A stretch of 64,000 bases of DNA from Octopus bimaculoides (GCF_001194135.2 NC_068981.1:188664105-188728104), one strand, 5' to 3'; positions 1 to 12,361 are shown, numbered from the stretch's first letter. Notes: generated from the letters alone by a model not told the origin. Program-made: numbers and translations.

Positions 1-405
1 TAAAACTACTTTTAATTTTCTCCCCCCCCCTCTCTATATATATAGAGAGAGAGAGAAAGAGAGAGGGGTGTATCATTACATGGAACTTTTTGTCTTATTG
101 TGTTAATGGTACAGTTACTGGTTTTAACAGATTTTAAAACATTACTTTAAAACTAAGTGCTCCAGTAATTCATTTCCACGTGGGGAGATTTGATCTCAAC
201 ACAATAAATTATCAAATTACTCATCTCTTTCTAGCTAACTCAGTAATCTCTTGCTTTTATTTGCCTTGCTAGGGAAATTAGTGAGTTGCCTATGACATAA
301 TATATTGTCCATTGAGCAATTGCATTTCCTTAAATAACAAATAAGATTACGTTTATTGCTCATCATCATTTGGTTTAAATCCAGATACATTATGTTTTTC
401 TAAAG

Positions 406-484
406 GCATTTAGTCCTTGTTAACTTAATCTTTTGCGTTGGAACATTAGTACTGATTCCATTTTATCAAAGAAGATTCGCTCTT
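406..484 (+). CDS. Candidate coding exon of an unidentified host gene (HLVLVNLIFCVGTLVLIPFYQRRFAL)
   Basis: Acceptor ttatgtttttctaaAG and donor ctt|GTAAGA flank a stop-free, hydrophobic (TM-like) frame in non-repeat DNA. No homology recognised. Confidence 0.25.
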
Positions 485-975
485 GTAAGATTTGACTACG
501 AAATAGTGTTGATATAACTATGAAATTGTTACGTCTATGTCATTAGATAACTAAAACTTGTTTAATGAAAACTGAAATAGAAAAGTGAATGCAAAATAAG
601 ATAATAAAGTGAAAGATAATTGCTTAAAATTCTTATAATTAAAAGCATGTTTAATTTTGTGACCACTAAAGATCTAATAAGTATGTAAATAGGAAATGCT
701 TTAAATTAATTGATGAGAAAATAATAATGGTGTAGTGTGTGTTTGTATTTTATTCAATTCAACTGTGAAATTTCTCTACACTCATTAGTATATTTGACTT
801 CATTATTATATTTTCAAATAATAATGTGTCTTTGTGCCAAATTTCTACATATTACATATCCTTGAATTAGTATTGAACGGCTAAATATCTATTGTAAAAC
901 AGGGGATTTTGATGTCTTATAGTCTATTGTTGTTCATGAATTTGTCTCGTTATCTAATATCAGCTCCTATTAGAG

Positions 976-1211
976 TAATAGTTCTCAACTGGCAGCCACG
1001 TGGCCCTTGGGTGTCCATAAAAGGCTTTGTTGTTAAAATTCATGTGCAATAAATTGGTTATACTTCTACAATACACCAAATATTTTTTTTATACAATTTC
1101 TAATAATAGCTAATCATAAAAACATAATAGGATGTTTTAAACATCAAATGACCATGGAAGTCCACCTGAGAAAAATAGGAATCAAAGGTAAAAAGTGGTT
1201 GAGAACCACTG
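976..1211. mobile_element. hAT (Charlie-like) MITE, copy 1
   Basis: Right end GGTTGAGAACCACTG, degenerate left end taatagttctcaac. Imperfect 8-bp TSD tattagag (968-975) / ccttagag (1212-1219). Inverted homologue at 52757-53011. Confidence 0.75.
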
Positions 1212-3248
1212 CCTTAGAGATTCTCTGAGCATCCATTACTAGCCAGTGAGTACAATAAGTGAAGCAAGGTAAAAATGTTCACAGTTACCACAAGGAAAAA
1301 TATGTGGAATCCGACTATTATACATGGCTCCTGATCAAAAATGGACTACAATTCTGCACAGTAGTTCATCTTAATCTGTGCTCTCCTATGTTCTAATTCT
1401 GATGTTGGATTTATTTGAGACCACTCTGTACTAGTATCTTTAGCAGTAAACTGTTGCTATCAGAGATCCACAGAGATTTCCTTGTTGGATCATCTTTATC
1501 CAAATTTCTTGACAGAAATTGGTTTGCAGAAAATGAAACAAGCATCAGCTATTTTGACCTCCTCAGTATGAGAAGAGCCTATAAAGTATGGAGTTTTAAG
1601 TTTAGTCTAATTGCATGGCCCCTTGAATATTATTTTCTACCATAACTTTGTGAATTGTTACCACCTGTCTCTTGAGTGCCTTTAATGGAGTCCACCCTTC
1701 CAAAAAGTCTTCAGTACCCTATGTTCCATTTTGTGTCAGCTTATGCCCCAATATTATGCATAAAAGGCAATAGTTACCCATATAAACATCTCTAATTCAA
1801 TTATTTCCTTACATGAGGCTTCAAGTTTCAAGCTTTGGTGCTTTCAAGAGGGTGTTCAAGGAGAATCTGCCGTAGCATTTGATCCTTAGAACTGCTTCAA
1901 ACTTTGTTACACAGACTTTTATTTTGCAAATTCTGTCTTTACTTGCTTTTAAATATGGCAACATGGAGTTCTTTAATTTCTTGATTTTACAAATATTTCC
2001 ACGCTTTTTTATTAAGATTAAATACGATAGATCAAATAATAACAATTCTTCTCCTTTGTGTTAGCAAAGCTTTTCAAACTTTAAAATGAAAAAAATAGTT
2101 AGAGGCATATAAACATAAATATACAAACATGCAAATGTGTGTATATTCAATTTTTATTGTTACAAATTTCTTTATAAATAAATTGGTTCATTGACACAAT
2201 TAGTATTTAGCTGTGTACCATTATGCTTTGAGTTCAAATCCTGCATAAGTTGATTCTGTTTTTCAGTGTTCAAGATAGGTATTAGTTGAATACTGTAACT
2301 CTTTTATTGTTAACTTCTTTTAGTCAATAGGTTGTCACTGGTGATGGTGGGGGTACTGTTTTGCAGGGTTTAGTGAAATAAATCAGCCCTAGTACTTATC
2401 TATGATCTTTGATACTTATTTTTATCAGTCTCTTTTGCTAAACTGTTGAATTACAGGGATATAAACACACCCATGCTAGTTGTCAAGGAATAGCGGGGGG
2501 GAAAATCACAAATGCACACACACACACACACGCATAGAAGAAGAAGAACAACAACAGGCTTGATCAAGTTTGACGTTACATCTGTCTCCCAAAATATGTG
2601 GCCTTCTGCCAAAGCTAGAAATCGTTGTTGTTGTTGTTGATAGATAATATTTTACGCTTTACATTCTCAGCAAATTAAATATTTAATTCAGCTTGGGAGT
2701 GGAAACAATTTTACTTTCAACACAAATGTTCTTTTATTAATAAACAAACGCTACAAGTTAGCACTTCCTTTGAGTGTCATACGTAAAATGATCTCAGCAG
2801 GGTACACTGTGCTATCCTTCTGTCTTAGGTTGATGAAAATAAGTATTAACAACGTTCAGATGATTCAATCAGTTATGCCTTATCTTAGAAAGGAGTGGGA
2901 GGCATAATGCTGAAGTAAGACATCCTCTTCTCTCCCTCTTCCTTATCATCACCATCACCATCACCATCGTTATAATTATTTATTATGCAAGCAAAAAAAA
3001 GGGAAGAGAGGCAACATTCAATTATATCAACTTCAGTACTTGACTGATATTTGATGGAAAAAAAAAAATCAAAATAAGAAACATCATCATCATCATCATC
3101 CTTCTTCTTCTTCTTGCTACTACTGCTGCTACTACTGCTACTACTACTACTATTATTATTGTTATTATTTCTTTCATTCACTCAGCATTTTGTTGTTATT
3201 CTGCCGGTATTGGATTGCTAGTTAGCAAGCTGCATCCTGCAGACTTAG

Positions 3249-3580
3249 TTATGTTGCACCTTTCTTATGGTTCTTGCTGTGCCAAGGAAATAGACTTTCT
3301 GTAGAGTCAGGAAATTCACCTCGATATCCAACATCTTCAACCAATGATTTACACTTCTCATGACTGTTCCAAAGGTTCATATTACAATTACGATAACGAC
3401 AACTTTACAGTTATTCCAGATTCTCTGAAGTTCAAATTTTAGGTCCTGGTATTTTTCACATTCTTCGCCTACCATTCTTGTATTAAAGAAGCATTGATTA
3501 AGCAATACGTTCTTTCTTCTTTATTGAGTATGGCACTATCAGGTTGTGAATGTGTTACTTGCCTATCACTTTGAAATTCC
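3249..3580 (-). pseudogene. R4/Dong-type non-LTR retrotransposon, RLE domain and C-terminal remnant
   Basis: Minus strand translates, with frameshifts, to QPDSAILNKEERTYCLIN..EKYQDLKFELQRIWNNCKVVVIVIVI*TFG..LQKVYFLGTARTIRKV, the PD..D/KY.DL/V.P.VIG.LG/LLGTA.ILR pattern of R4-clade elements. An (AAT)/(AGT) tail follows. Confidence 0.75.
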
Positions 3581-3728
3581 TCCCCCTCCCCCTTTTGTTG
3601 TTGTTGTTGTTATCATTTTACTTCTCAGAGCTCTTGGTCTTACCTACTCTGGTTGATTCTGTGAGAGTGGACAGCAGCCTGTTGTCAGAGGGTCTCTTTC
3701 TGCAAATTATTACAATTATTATTATTAC

Positions 3729-4254
3729 TGACTGAGAGAGAAGCACACACCATCAAAGTGGTGCTGGGGTACAAATATATGAAGCTCAATAGACCCATCA
3801 TGACTGCTTGTCTGATAAGGGTACACAAGGCACATGCATCACAACCATACATGCATGATATGGTGATCTCATATCAAGATAAATAACGCATGACCTTGAA
3901 GGCAGGGTCCAGCTAGAGTTTTCTTCAGGTCAAGCAACCCATCCTGCTCAAAATATCTCTGAGTAAGGGTTGTTTAAGGGTGATGAATGAAACACTCATG
4001 CTTCCAGTGGTGAATTATTCAAATCACAAAGAATTCCTCTCAACACATGGCTACGATGCACCCCTACTACTTCTGCTCATGATCAAAGATGCACATATAG
4101 TCAGTCACTAAGAGACATGCTCAGCTGGTTATGGTCAAGCAACTGACAAGCAAATATGCAATGCTGAGTGCAATATTTGCTGTAGCCCATCTTTTACACC
4201 AAGACAAAACATATCCATGATAACACTTCCAATCAGTTAAGATCAGAAGCCATG
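3729..4254. mobile_element. Unclassified ~555-bp interspersed element (family D), copy truncated at one end
   Basis: Colinear with 15709-16260 and the reverse complement of 26651-27208. Starts directly after (ATT)n. Confidence 0.8.
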
Positions 4255-4634
4255 TTGTTGTTGTTCTTCTTTTTGTTCTTCTTCTTCTTCTTCTTCTTAT
4301 CATCATCATGGCTTTTGCTTTGTATTTGTACAAGATGACTTAAGAGACAGCAAGTTAGAAGTTCAAGTTGGTGTTATGACTAGGGTGCCATATTTTTGGT
4401 TTTGCACACAGTATTATTCTAGAGAATGTCTGTCAAAACATAAGAAAATCAGAAGTTTGTTTTTAAAGTAATTTGATGATAAGATGACAGTAGAAGGTGT
4501 TTGCTATTATGTAAATTTAAAAGTACTTTTGATAATGTTTACAAATTAAAATGTTTTTTGAATTATATAGACAATGTTTTTTGTAGGATATGAGCAGTTT
4601 CCATGAGGACTATTTTATGAATTTTTTTCCATGT

Positions 4635-4856
4635 TTAGCTTTCTTGGATTTCTAGGTAACAACCAACCCCCTTTGCTATCATTCCTAGAGCACCAATGAC
4701 AACAAGGATTGTTTTAGTCTTGGGGCTCCACATTTTGCCAATTTCTATTTCAAAATCTTGATATTTGCTCAGATTTTGGTAGGTCTTGACAGATACATTT
4801 ATGTCGATTGTGACAGTCAAATTAATAAAGAGGCATGATTTTTGGATATTTGCCAT
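4635..4856 (-). pseudogene. R4/Dong-type RLE fragment
   Basis: ORF-track peptide KSCLFINLTVTIDINVSVKTYQNLSKYQDFEIEIGKMWSPKTKTILVVIGALGMI matches the RLE C-terminal motif series. Confidence 0.85.
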
Positions 4857-4884
4857 TGAGAGGTTTATTATTATTATTATTATT

Positions 4885-5257
4885 ATTTTCTTTGTTAGTT
4901 TCTATTGCACCACCTGGGGCACCTCCATGTTCCTGAGGTCTGGGCTGTGTTATGTTCTTATTTTTATGGGCATTTTTGTAGACTCATCAATTTGCTTTAC
5001 TATGGAGTTTAGTTTCTTATTATATTCATGTTCATTCTGTTGCATGTGTAATGTGAATTGTGTTATTTTGTTGAGCTTTAATCTTGTACAGTATATGTTG
5101 TGTGAGCTGTGTTGTTTTAGATTATTAGGTGCTTATTGTATAGGGTGTGGGTTGTATGTGGTGATTGTTGCATTTGATCTATTCTGTCTTGTGCAAGATA
5201 AGGGCTGTTCCTAGCAGAGCTATCTTTTAGGCAGCATGTAGTGTTGCGGGCCCTAGT
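4885..5257 (-). mobile_element. R4/Dong-type 3' end (ORF terminus plus 3' UTR)
   Basis: GPATLHAA*KIALLGTALILHK on the minus strand, then an A/C-rich UTR ending in (AAT)n near 4866-4885. Confidence 0.65.
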
Positions 5258-6477
5258 ATGGCTTCTATATTTTTTTTCATATTTTTTTAAATCATGCCTA
5301 CTGCTTCAGTTACAAGTGATATTGTTTTTACCTTCATACTCCACATTTTGAATTATCGGTGTCATCATTATTATTTGCTGCTGACATCTTATCAGATGTG
5401 GAAAAAATCTTGATCTGAGACTACTTGATGTTTTACAAGTGCAACTGAAGGAAATAATTTTCATTTTGGATTTCTTTCCACATAAGGACCTTTACTGAAC
5501 ATTTCAAAAGTTCCATCCACTATTGAGATTAGACAGCAACATTGATTTATTTTAAAATATTACTTTTCATTTTATTTTACTATCTAATATCAAGGCAAGA
5601 AATATGGCTTCATCTTTCCTTAGATCCACCCACACCGCCAGAGAGATCACAGGGAACAATGCAAAGCAACTGCTAAACAACAGAAAACAAAATGTAAAAC
5701 ATATTAATGAACACAAAAAAATTCAATACCAGAAAATGAAAAAAAACAAACAACAACAACACTCCCGTAGAAAGATACAGAATAATAAACAACATGTTTG
5801 AGGATGACAGCAACAGTAGTTCTGCTTGCACGTTCTTCAACAAACATAAATTTCAGAGATGAAAAGCTAACATTCGTAAACATTCTTTAACAAAAAATAT
5901 TTAGATACTTAAAAACATTCACTGAATGAACCAAAGCTTGGCAGCTTTTTGTACACAAGACTGGTGCCAATCTACCATTATCCATCAGACAGGTTCGTGA
6001 AAGGAGAAAGGTAACTTGCCTGTGCTTTACTGAGGCCATTGGAGCTTTTATCCTTTCATCCATGGCAGACATGGAGATGGTCCAGGCAGATATTTTAAGT
6101 GAAATTTTCTTCTACTGGATGGAGAGGGGAAGAGAGTGCTACATGTATCATCTTTGAAACAAGTATGAGGCAAGTGCAAGCCCAAATTGAATGTGGCACA
6201 TATTCAAGCTCATAAGCTGGTCCTGCCATATTTAGTAAAGAGGAAAATGAATTGCCATCAAAGGCATAACTGATGATGTTAACCCTGGTCAGTTGTCACC
6301 TTTGTGACACGATATGGGTGGGTGGTCAGTGCAGACTTTTAGCAGTATGAAGTTCGGTGAGAATCACTGTAGACATGCAAGTCTTCCTGACCATACCAAG
6401 ACTACAAAACAGTTAAGAACTATATTATTTACATTATTTACATTTGACAGATATTTGTCCTCATCTTGTTTGTTGTT

Positions 6478-6523
6478 AACACAACGTTTCGGCTGATATA
6501 CCCTTCAGCCTTCGTCAGGTGTC
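6478..6523 (-). ncRNA. Minimal type I hammerhead ribozyme motif
   Basis: GACAC-CUGACGA-A-GGCUG(10-nt loop)CAGCC-GAAA-CGUU^GUGUU: complete core, 5-bp stem II, 5-bp stem I (GACAC/GUGUU), palindromic ACGU stem III, GUU cleavage triplet. Confidence 0.85.
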
Positions 6524-6575
6524 TTGGGGAAATTTCGAACCTGGGTTCTCATTCCTAACGATGTTACTATTATTA

Positions 6576-6611
<36 letters not shown>

Positions 6612-6691
6612 TATTAATCAGGTCGCTGCTGTGAATCGAACTCGGAACCTTGGGGTTAGTAGCCCGCACTCTTAACCACTACGCCATATGC

Positions 6692-6733
6692 CCTGACGAA
6701 GGCTGGAGGGTATATCAGCCGAAACGTTGTGTT
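6692..6733 (+). ncRNA. Second, inverted hammerhead copy lacking most of the 5' strand of stem I
   Basis: C-CUGACGA-A-GGCUG..CAGCC-GAAACGUU-GUGUU. Only 1 bp of stem I remains because the copy is truncated at 6692. Confidence 0.6.
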
Positions 6734-7489
6734 AACAACAAACAAGATGAGGACAAATATCCGTCAAATGTAAATAATGTAAATAATGTAAATAATTCCT
6801 CATCTCTTAAATATAGAACAGTTAAGAACTATGTTGTGTTGTGGATGTTGAGAGGGAAAAAAACCCCCCATAAAATTCAACATTCAAGGTAGATGGTTTA
6901 GTTGCTACACAGGTAGCAGTAAAACACATTTAAGGGCTGGCTGCACAGAAAGCCTAAAGGAACACAACTAACAACAACAAAATTGCTGGCATTGTGTCTA
7001 AATTTGAAACAACTATGAGGTGGTTCGCTAGCAGAATTATTGGAATATTGAAACAAATGCTTTGCAATACCTCTTCTGGTTCTTTGACATTCTAAGTTCA
7101 AATGCTGTCAAAACCAACTTTTCCTTTTATCCTTTCACTGTTGATAACATTAGTCAAGTGCTGGGGTCAGTGGCATTGATTTAACACTTTTCCTCAAAAT
7201 TTCTGGTGTTGTGCCTTGGAAGACTCAATGAGTGCATTGGAAAAGATGCTTTGTGGCATTTGTTCTGATTCTTTATATTCTGAGTTCAAATCCTGCTGAG
7301 GTCACCTTTGCTTTTCCTCCCTCTAGGATTGATGAAATAAAGAACCAGTTCGGCAGTGGGGTTACTGTAATCAACTAACTACCTCCCCCAGGATTTCAGG
7401 CCTTATGCTTCAGCAATCTGGTAGAATCGTTAGCTCTCTGGACTCTAAATGCATAGTGACATTTCGTCCATCTTTACATTTTGATTTGT

Positions 7490-7865
7490 GGAGGCGCAAT
7501 GGCCCAGTGGTTAGGACAGCAGATTCACAGTCATAGAATTGCGGTTTCGATTCCTAGACCGGGCATTGTGAGTGTTTATTGAGCGAAAACACCTAAAGCT
7601 CCACAAGGCTCCGGCAGGGGGTGGTGGTGAATCCTGCTGTACTCCTTCACCACAACTTTCTCTCACTCTTTCTTCCTGTCTCTGTTGAACTTGTATTTCA
7701 AAGGTCCAGCCTTGTCACACTCTGTGTCACGCTGAATCTCCCTGAGAACTATGTTATGGGTTCATGTGTCTGTGGAGTGCTCAGCCACTTGCATGTTAAT
7801 TTCACGAGCAAGCTGTTCCGTTGATTAGATCAACTGGAACCCTCGTTGTCATAACCGACAGAGTG
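7490..7865 (+). mobile_element. tRNA-derived SINE (family F), near full length
   Basis: Head GGAGGCGCAATGGCCCAGTGG..GGTTTCGATTCC. Related pieces at about 55290-55470 (+), 59340-59580 (-) and 62700-62790 (-). Confidence 0.75.
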
Positions 7866-8255
7866 AAAAGATCAACATTCTGATTTCAAATACCACCAAG
7901 ATCAACTTTTCCTTCCATCCTTTTGGGGTCTATAAAATAAGTACCAGTTGAAGATCAGGGTCAATGTAATCAACTTACCTCTTCCCTTGAAACTGCTGGA
8001 CTCGAGCTAAAGTTTGAAACCATTATTATGAGGGCAGTAGATTGGCAGATTAATTAGTGAAGGCCAAAACACTTTGCAGTTTTCCTTCCAGCTTTTAATG
8101 TTCTGAATTGAAATCCCACGGCAGTCAACATAACCTTTCAACCTTAAGGAACTGATAAGTGAAATACCAGTCCAGTACTGGAGTTGATGTAATTGATTAA
8201 CCATATCTTCTCAGAGTTACTGGTCTTGTGCCTAAGTTTATTATTATCATTATTA

Positions 8256-8295
<40 letters not shown>

Positions 8296-8297
<2 letters not shown>

Positions 8298-8680
8298 GAA
8301 AACTCACAGCTTATTTTGCTGGGTATGATGAAAAGTGTCAGCTGTAGACAGCCCGCAGACTGAGGTGACACTTGTTTACTGGTCATGCTTCAAGAACCCT
8401 GCCAAGAATTCTTGCAGTTCCAAGCAATGCTGAGTTTTGTAGGTGTTCTACCTTCACACTTGCACCGATCTTTTTCAGCCATGTTGGCAGATACTTCCAA
8501 GTGCACCAATTACTATTGGTATCACGTCTACTTTCTTCATTGACCACAACCTTCGTATTTCCCACTTCAAATTGCGTAGTTGTTTATTTTTACTTCTCCT
8601 TTCAAATTGATCCTGTTGTCACTGGGGCATGCTATGTCGATTATCATACATGTTCTTTCTTTTTTATTCACCACATTATT
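8296..8680 (-). pseudogene. 5'-truncated R4/Dong-type LINE sitting in an (AAT)n tract
   Basis: VVNKKERTCMIIDIACPSDNRIN..WEIRRLWSMKKVDVIPIVIGALG..KVEHLQNSALLGTARILGRVLEA*. (ATT)n on both sides on the plus strand. Confidence 0.9.
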
Positions 8681-8705
8681 ATTGTTATTATTATTATTTC
8701 TACTC

Positions 8706-8925
8706 AAAGTCGGTGAGCTGGCAGAATCATTAGCACACCGGATGAAATGTTTAGCGGTATTTCACCTGTTGCTACATTCTGAGTTCAAATTCTGCTGCGG
8801 TTGACTTTGCTTTTCATCCTTTCAGGGTTGCTAAATTAAATACCAGAGAAAAACTGGGGTTGATATAATCGACTAGTCCCCACCCTTCAAATTTGAGGCC
8901 TTGTGTCACCAGTAGAAAGGATTGT
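8706..8925 (+). mobile_element. SINE family B (tRNA-like head, conserved central domain, (ATT)n-type tail variant)
   Basis: GGYGAGCTGGCAGAA head and GTTGACTTTGCTTTTCATCCTTTCAGGG core. Further copies at about 8015-8235(+), 10620-10810(+), 10830-11045(-), 11765-11955(-), 15530-15690(+), 26415-26615(-), 28615-28830(+), 49465-49905(+, two in tandem), 51470-51680(+). Confidence 0.8.
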
Positions 8926-9105
8926 GACACGTAAAAGCACCTACTACACTCTCTGAGTGGTTGGCGTTAGGAAGAGCATCCAGCTGTAGAAACTCTGCCA
9001 AATTTAGATTGGAGCCTGGTGTTGCCATCCGGTTTCATCAGTCCTCAGTCAAATCGTCCAACCCATGCTAGCATGGAAGGCGGACGCTAAACGATGATGA
9101 TGATT
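8925..9105 (+). mobile_element. RTE LINE 3'-UTR fragment (family C)
   Basis: GTTGGCGTTAGGAAGAGCATCCAGCTGTAGAAAC..CCAACCCATGCTAGCATGG..TAAACGATGATGAT, same as the 3' UTR of the RTE copy at 60183-60888. Others at about 10195-10460(-), 14285-14460(+), 15050-15112(+), 35295-35375(-), 37595-37895(-), 45520-45698(+), 48700-48840(-), 57895-58100(-). Confidence 0.85.
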
Positions 9106-11989
9106 ATTATTATTATGTGTTTCTGTATGTGTATCAATATTTGTATCCTGCAAAATCTAAAATTAGCTGCCAGCCCTTTCATCTCTGACTCCCCTTCCAT
9201 TGTACCTGTTGACCCTCATTTCCCATTCAGCCATCTCCACATTTAATTTTCTCTCTTTATCACTCATGCCCTTCCATTTCTCCTCTCCACACCACTCGAG
9301 TTGCTTGCAAATGATGACTGCCGCCTCACCCCTCTCCTCATTGTTCTGCCTCCCACAGTTTACTAAGCTTTTATATGAAAGTCTTTTTTTATCAGACCAT
9401 CCTTATCATTTTTACCTACACCCACCTTCCCTTCTCCACCTGGAGTCATCTTCCTATTACGCAATCCTCTCTCTCATCTCCTCACCACCCTCAATGTTTG
9501 TACAAGCATGGTTCCACTCTCTACCACTATTCACATTACTCTTCCACTCACTCACCCACCCACCTACCTCACTAAGTCTATATATAAGAGATTACATCAG
9601 TTCATCCTCATCACTCCACCATATTCTTCCATAACTAGGCCTGTCTATGTATAAGTCACTCTATTGAACTGCCTGATACTCAGTGCTACCTGTTTTTCTG
9701 TCCTACCCTTTTTCTAATACAATCCACCATTCACTCTCCATCACCTTCATCTTGCTTTTGTCCACCTCCTGCTTTTGTCCATCACTTCCTTCCTACTTCT
9801 GACTCAGTAATTCTGTCTCAACCATCCTACCCTTGATCTTCTCACTCACCCATTCTGGTCTTCTACTTCTCCCCACCTCAACCATATCATTTGAATAGAA
9901 GTGCATGTCTTACGTTACTGATGACAAGGTGGCCCCTCAAATATTGATGTCCAAGAACCTTCTAGGATGATGGGGGAAATGAGCAGAAGTAAAGTAGGGC
10001 CGATAAGTCCCTGAATCCTTTCTCACAAAGGACTTGACAACTTTCCTGGTACTGGTTCCACAAAAAATACACCCAGTGCATTCTACAGAGAAATTGTAGG
10101 ACTGTAAAGTCCCCTTAAACCTGTCTTGTAGAGTATCTCTAGTGCTGGTGCCATAAGAAAATGCACCCACTACACTTAGTAATGGGGGTCATCATCATCA
10201 TCGTTTAACATCTGCTTTTCATGCTGGCATGGGTTGGACGGTTTGACTGAGGACTAGCAAGCCAGAAAGCTGCACCAGGTTCAGATCCCATCTGGCAAGA
10301 TTTCAACAGTTAGATGTCCTTCCTAACACCAACCACTCCGAGGGTGTAGTGGGTGCTTTTTACATGCTATCAGCTTGAGGGCCAGCCAAGCAATACTGGC
10401 ATTGGCCATGCTTAAATGGTGTTTTTTATGTACCACTGGCATGGGAGCCAGTCATCCAGCTGTCGAAATCAAACCAAAATAACATGTATCTATATGCATG
10501 TTAATAGTCCCCATTAAGAAAACTGTTCAAGTTGTAATTACTCGTCCAGTCCACACCAGCATGGAAAGCAGACCTGGAAAACTATTATTATTATTAATGT
10601 TGAACTGGTATTAGCACCTTGTGTAAAATTATTTGTGGCATTTCTCTCAGCTCTTGGAGTTCTGAGTTCAAATCCTGTTGAGGTCAACTTTGCTTTTCAT
10701 CCTTTGGGGAGGGGGATGGTCACTAGAATAAGTACCAGTTAAACATTGAGGTTGATGTGACTGACTCACCCCTTCACCTAAAATTGCTGGCCTTGTGCCA
10801 AAACATAAAAGCATCATTATTAATAATCCTTTCTATTATAGACACAAGGCCTAAAATTTGGGGGAGGAGAATAATCAATTACATCGACCTGTACTGTACT
10901 CAACTGGTACTTAATTTATCAACCCCAAAAGGATGAAAAGTAAAGTCGACCTCGGTGGAATTTGAACTCAGAACATAGCGACAGGTGAAATACTGCTAAG
11001 CATTTCGTCCAGCATGCTAATGATTCTGCCAGCTCGCTGCCTTCATTATAATTAATAATGATTATGTGGTGAACTGACCAAATCATTAGTGTCAGACAAA
11101 CTGCTTAATGGCATTTCTCTCGTGTTCAAATCCTATCAAGGCCAGCTTTACCTATTGTCCTTTCAGGGTGAAAAAGATAGAGTACCAGTCAAGTACTGGA
11201 GTTGATATAATTAATCAACCCAATTCCGATTAGGAGAACAGAAGAATAGAAAAAAAAATTAAAATAGTCAGTAAATGTTTTGCAAACAACCTGCACATGC
11301 AAATGCTACCAGTCAAGAACTCTGCATACCAGAAGGTAGCAAGTGTATGGGATCATCAGGACAGAATGCGCGCCATTTCGGGGCCTACCTCTCGATGGCA
11401 TCAATGCACACTGGCCCCTCTCATTGATATAAAGCCCCACTTGCTAGATCAATTAGTTATCAAGAAAAGCTCAATATTCTTCTAACCATTGCTCATCGTC
11501 TCTTTTTGACCAAATCCAGTGGCTAGCCTTTTCCACTGTAATTTGGCTATCGGTCATGGTGGTATTTATTTTACATTGAGTTAGGCCTAACGGTATCAAC
11601 AGTCAGTAGATTAACAGACAAACTGCCACAAGATATTTCATCTGTCACTTAGCCTTTCATAATTCTGAGGTTGATAAAATAAGGCAACCATCAAATATCA
11701 AGTTGATTTAATTGACTACGCATCCAGCCAAATTTTTGGTCTTGTAATAATAATTCTTTATACTATAGGCACAAGGCCTGAAATTTACGGCATGCTGGGG
11801 CTAGACAATTACATTGGTACACAAATGATATTTAATCCATTGATCCTGAAAAGATGAAAAGTAAAGTCGACTTCAACAAAATTTGAACTCAGAATGCTAA
11901 GAGCTAGAAGTACTTTATCCAACGTGCTAATTATTCTGCCGGCTCACTGCCTTCTTTGTTAGAAAATGATAATGATACCTATTATTCAG

Positions 11990-12361
11990 TAATCTTATTT
12001 GTATTGCATCTTTTCATTGTACAACAGAGTACAGCACTGTGTATCTCGATATATACATACAGTGTATTTTGTATTTTCTATTGCTAGAAATACTTTAATA
12101 CAATGCCCTGTAGTGCTATTTTGTGTGTGTTGTGTATATTCATAATTCTTAAGGATTTGATTGTGTATTAATCTGCATCATTTTTAATAATTCCCAAGAC
12201 ACCCACCTAATATTAGAGAGACTGTACATGTTTTCAGTCCCCACATTTTGGTTATTGCTATTTGCAGATTTTGCTATTTGGGTAGTTTCACCATTCTTCC
12301 AGAGATATATAATCATTCGCTGGAAACGATATGTCGATTAGGCAATATTTGCTAATAGTCT

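Larger units (their letters stand above)
6424..6816 (-). mobile_element. tRNA-headed SINE with hammerhead-bearing Penelope-like tail plus inverted tail copy (family E)
   Basis: 16-bp TSD AACAGTTAAGAACTAT at 6408-6423 and 6817-6832. Minus-strand head from 6693 GGGCATATGGCGTAGTGG (A box) ... GAGTTCGATTC (B box), then (AAT)n and a tail ending in (TGTAAATAA)n. 96-bp inverted arms 6424-6519 / 6692-6787 with 2 mismatches. Confidence 0.9.

Noticed and set aside
1250-2070. Possible decayed ORF on the minus strand
   Set aside because: Many stops and no recognisable motif; cannot be assigned by eye.
6621-6693. tRNA-like sequence as a real tRNA gene
   Set aside because: Acceptor stem does not close and it is fused to a repeat tail; the same applies to family A, B and F heads.
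11355-11390. Another minus-strand GAAA..CUGAUGA juxtaposition
   Set aside because: No stem I or stem II pairing.
12210-12245. Possible Tc1 terminal repeat
   Set aside because: It is coding sequence of the R4/Dong fragment (TKMWGLKTCTV on the minus strand).
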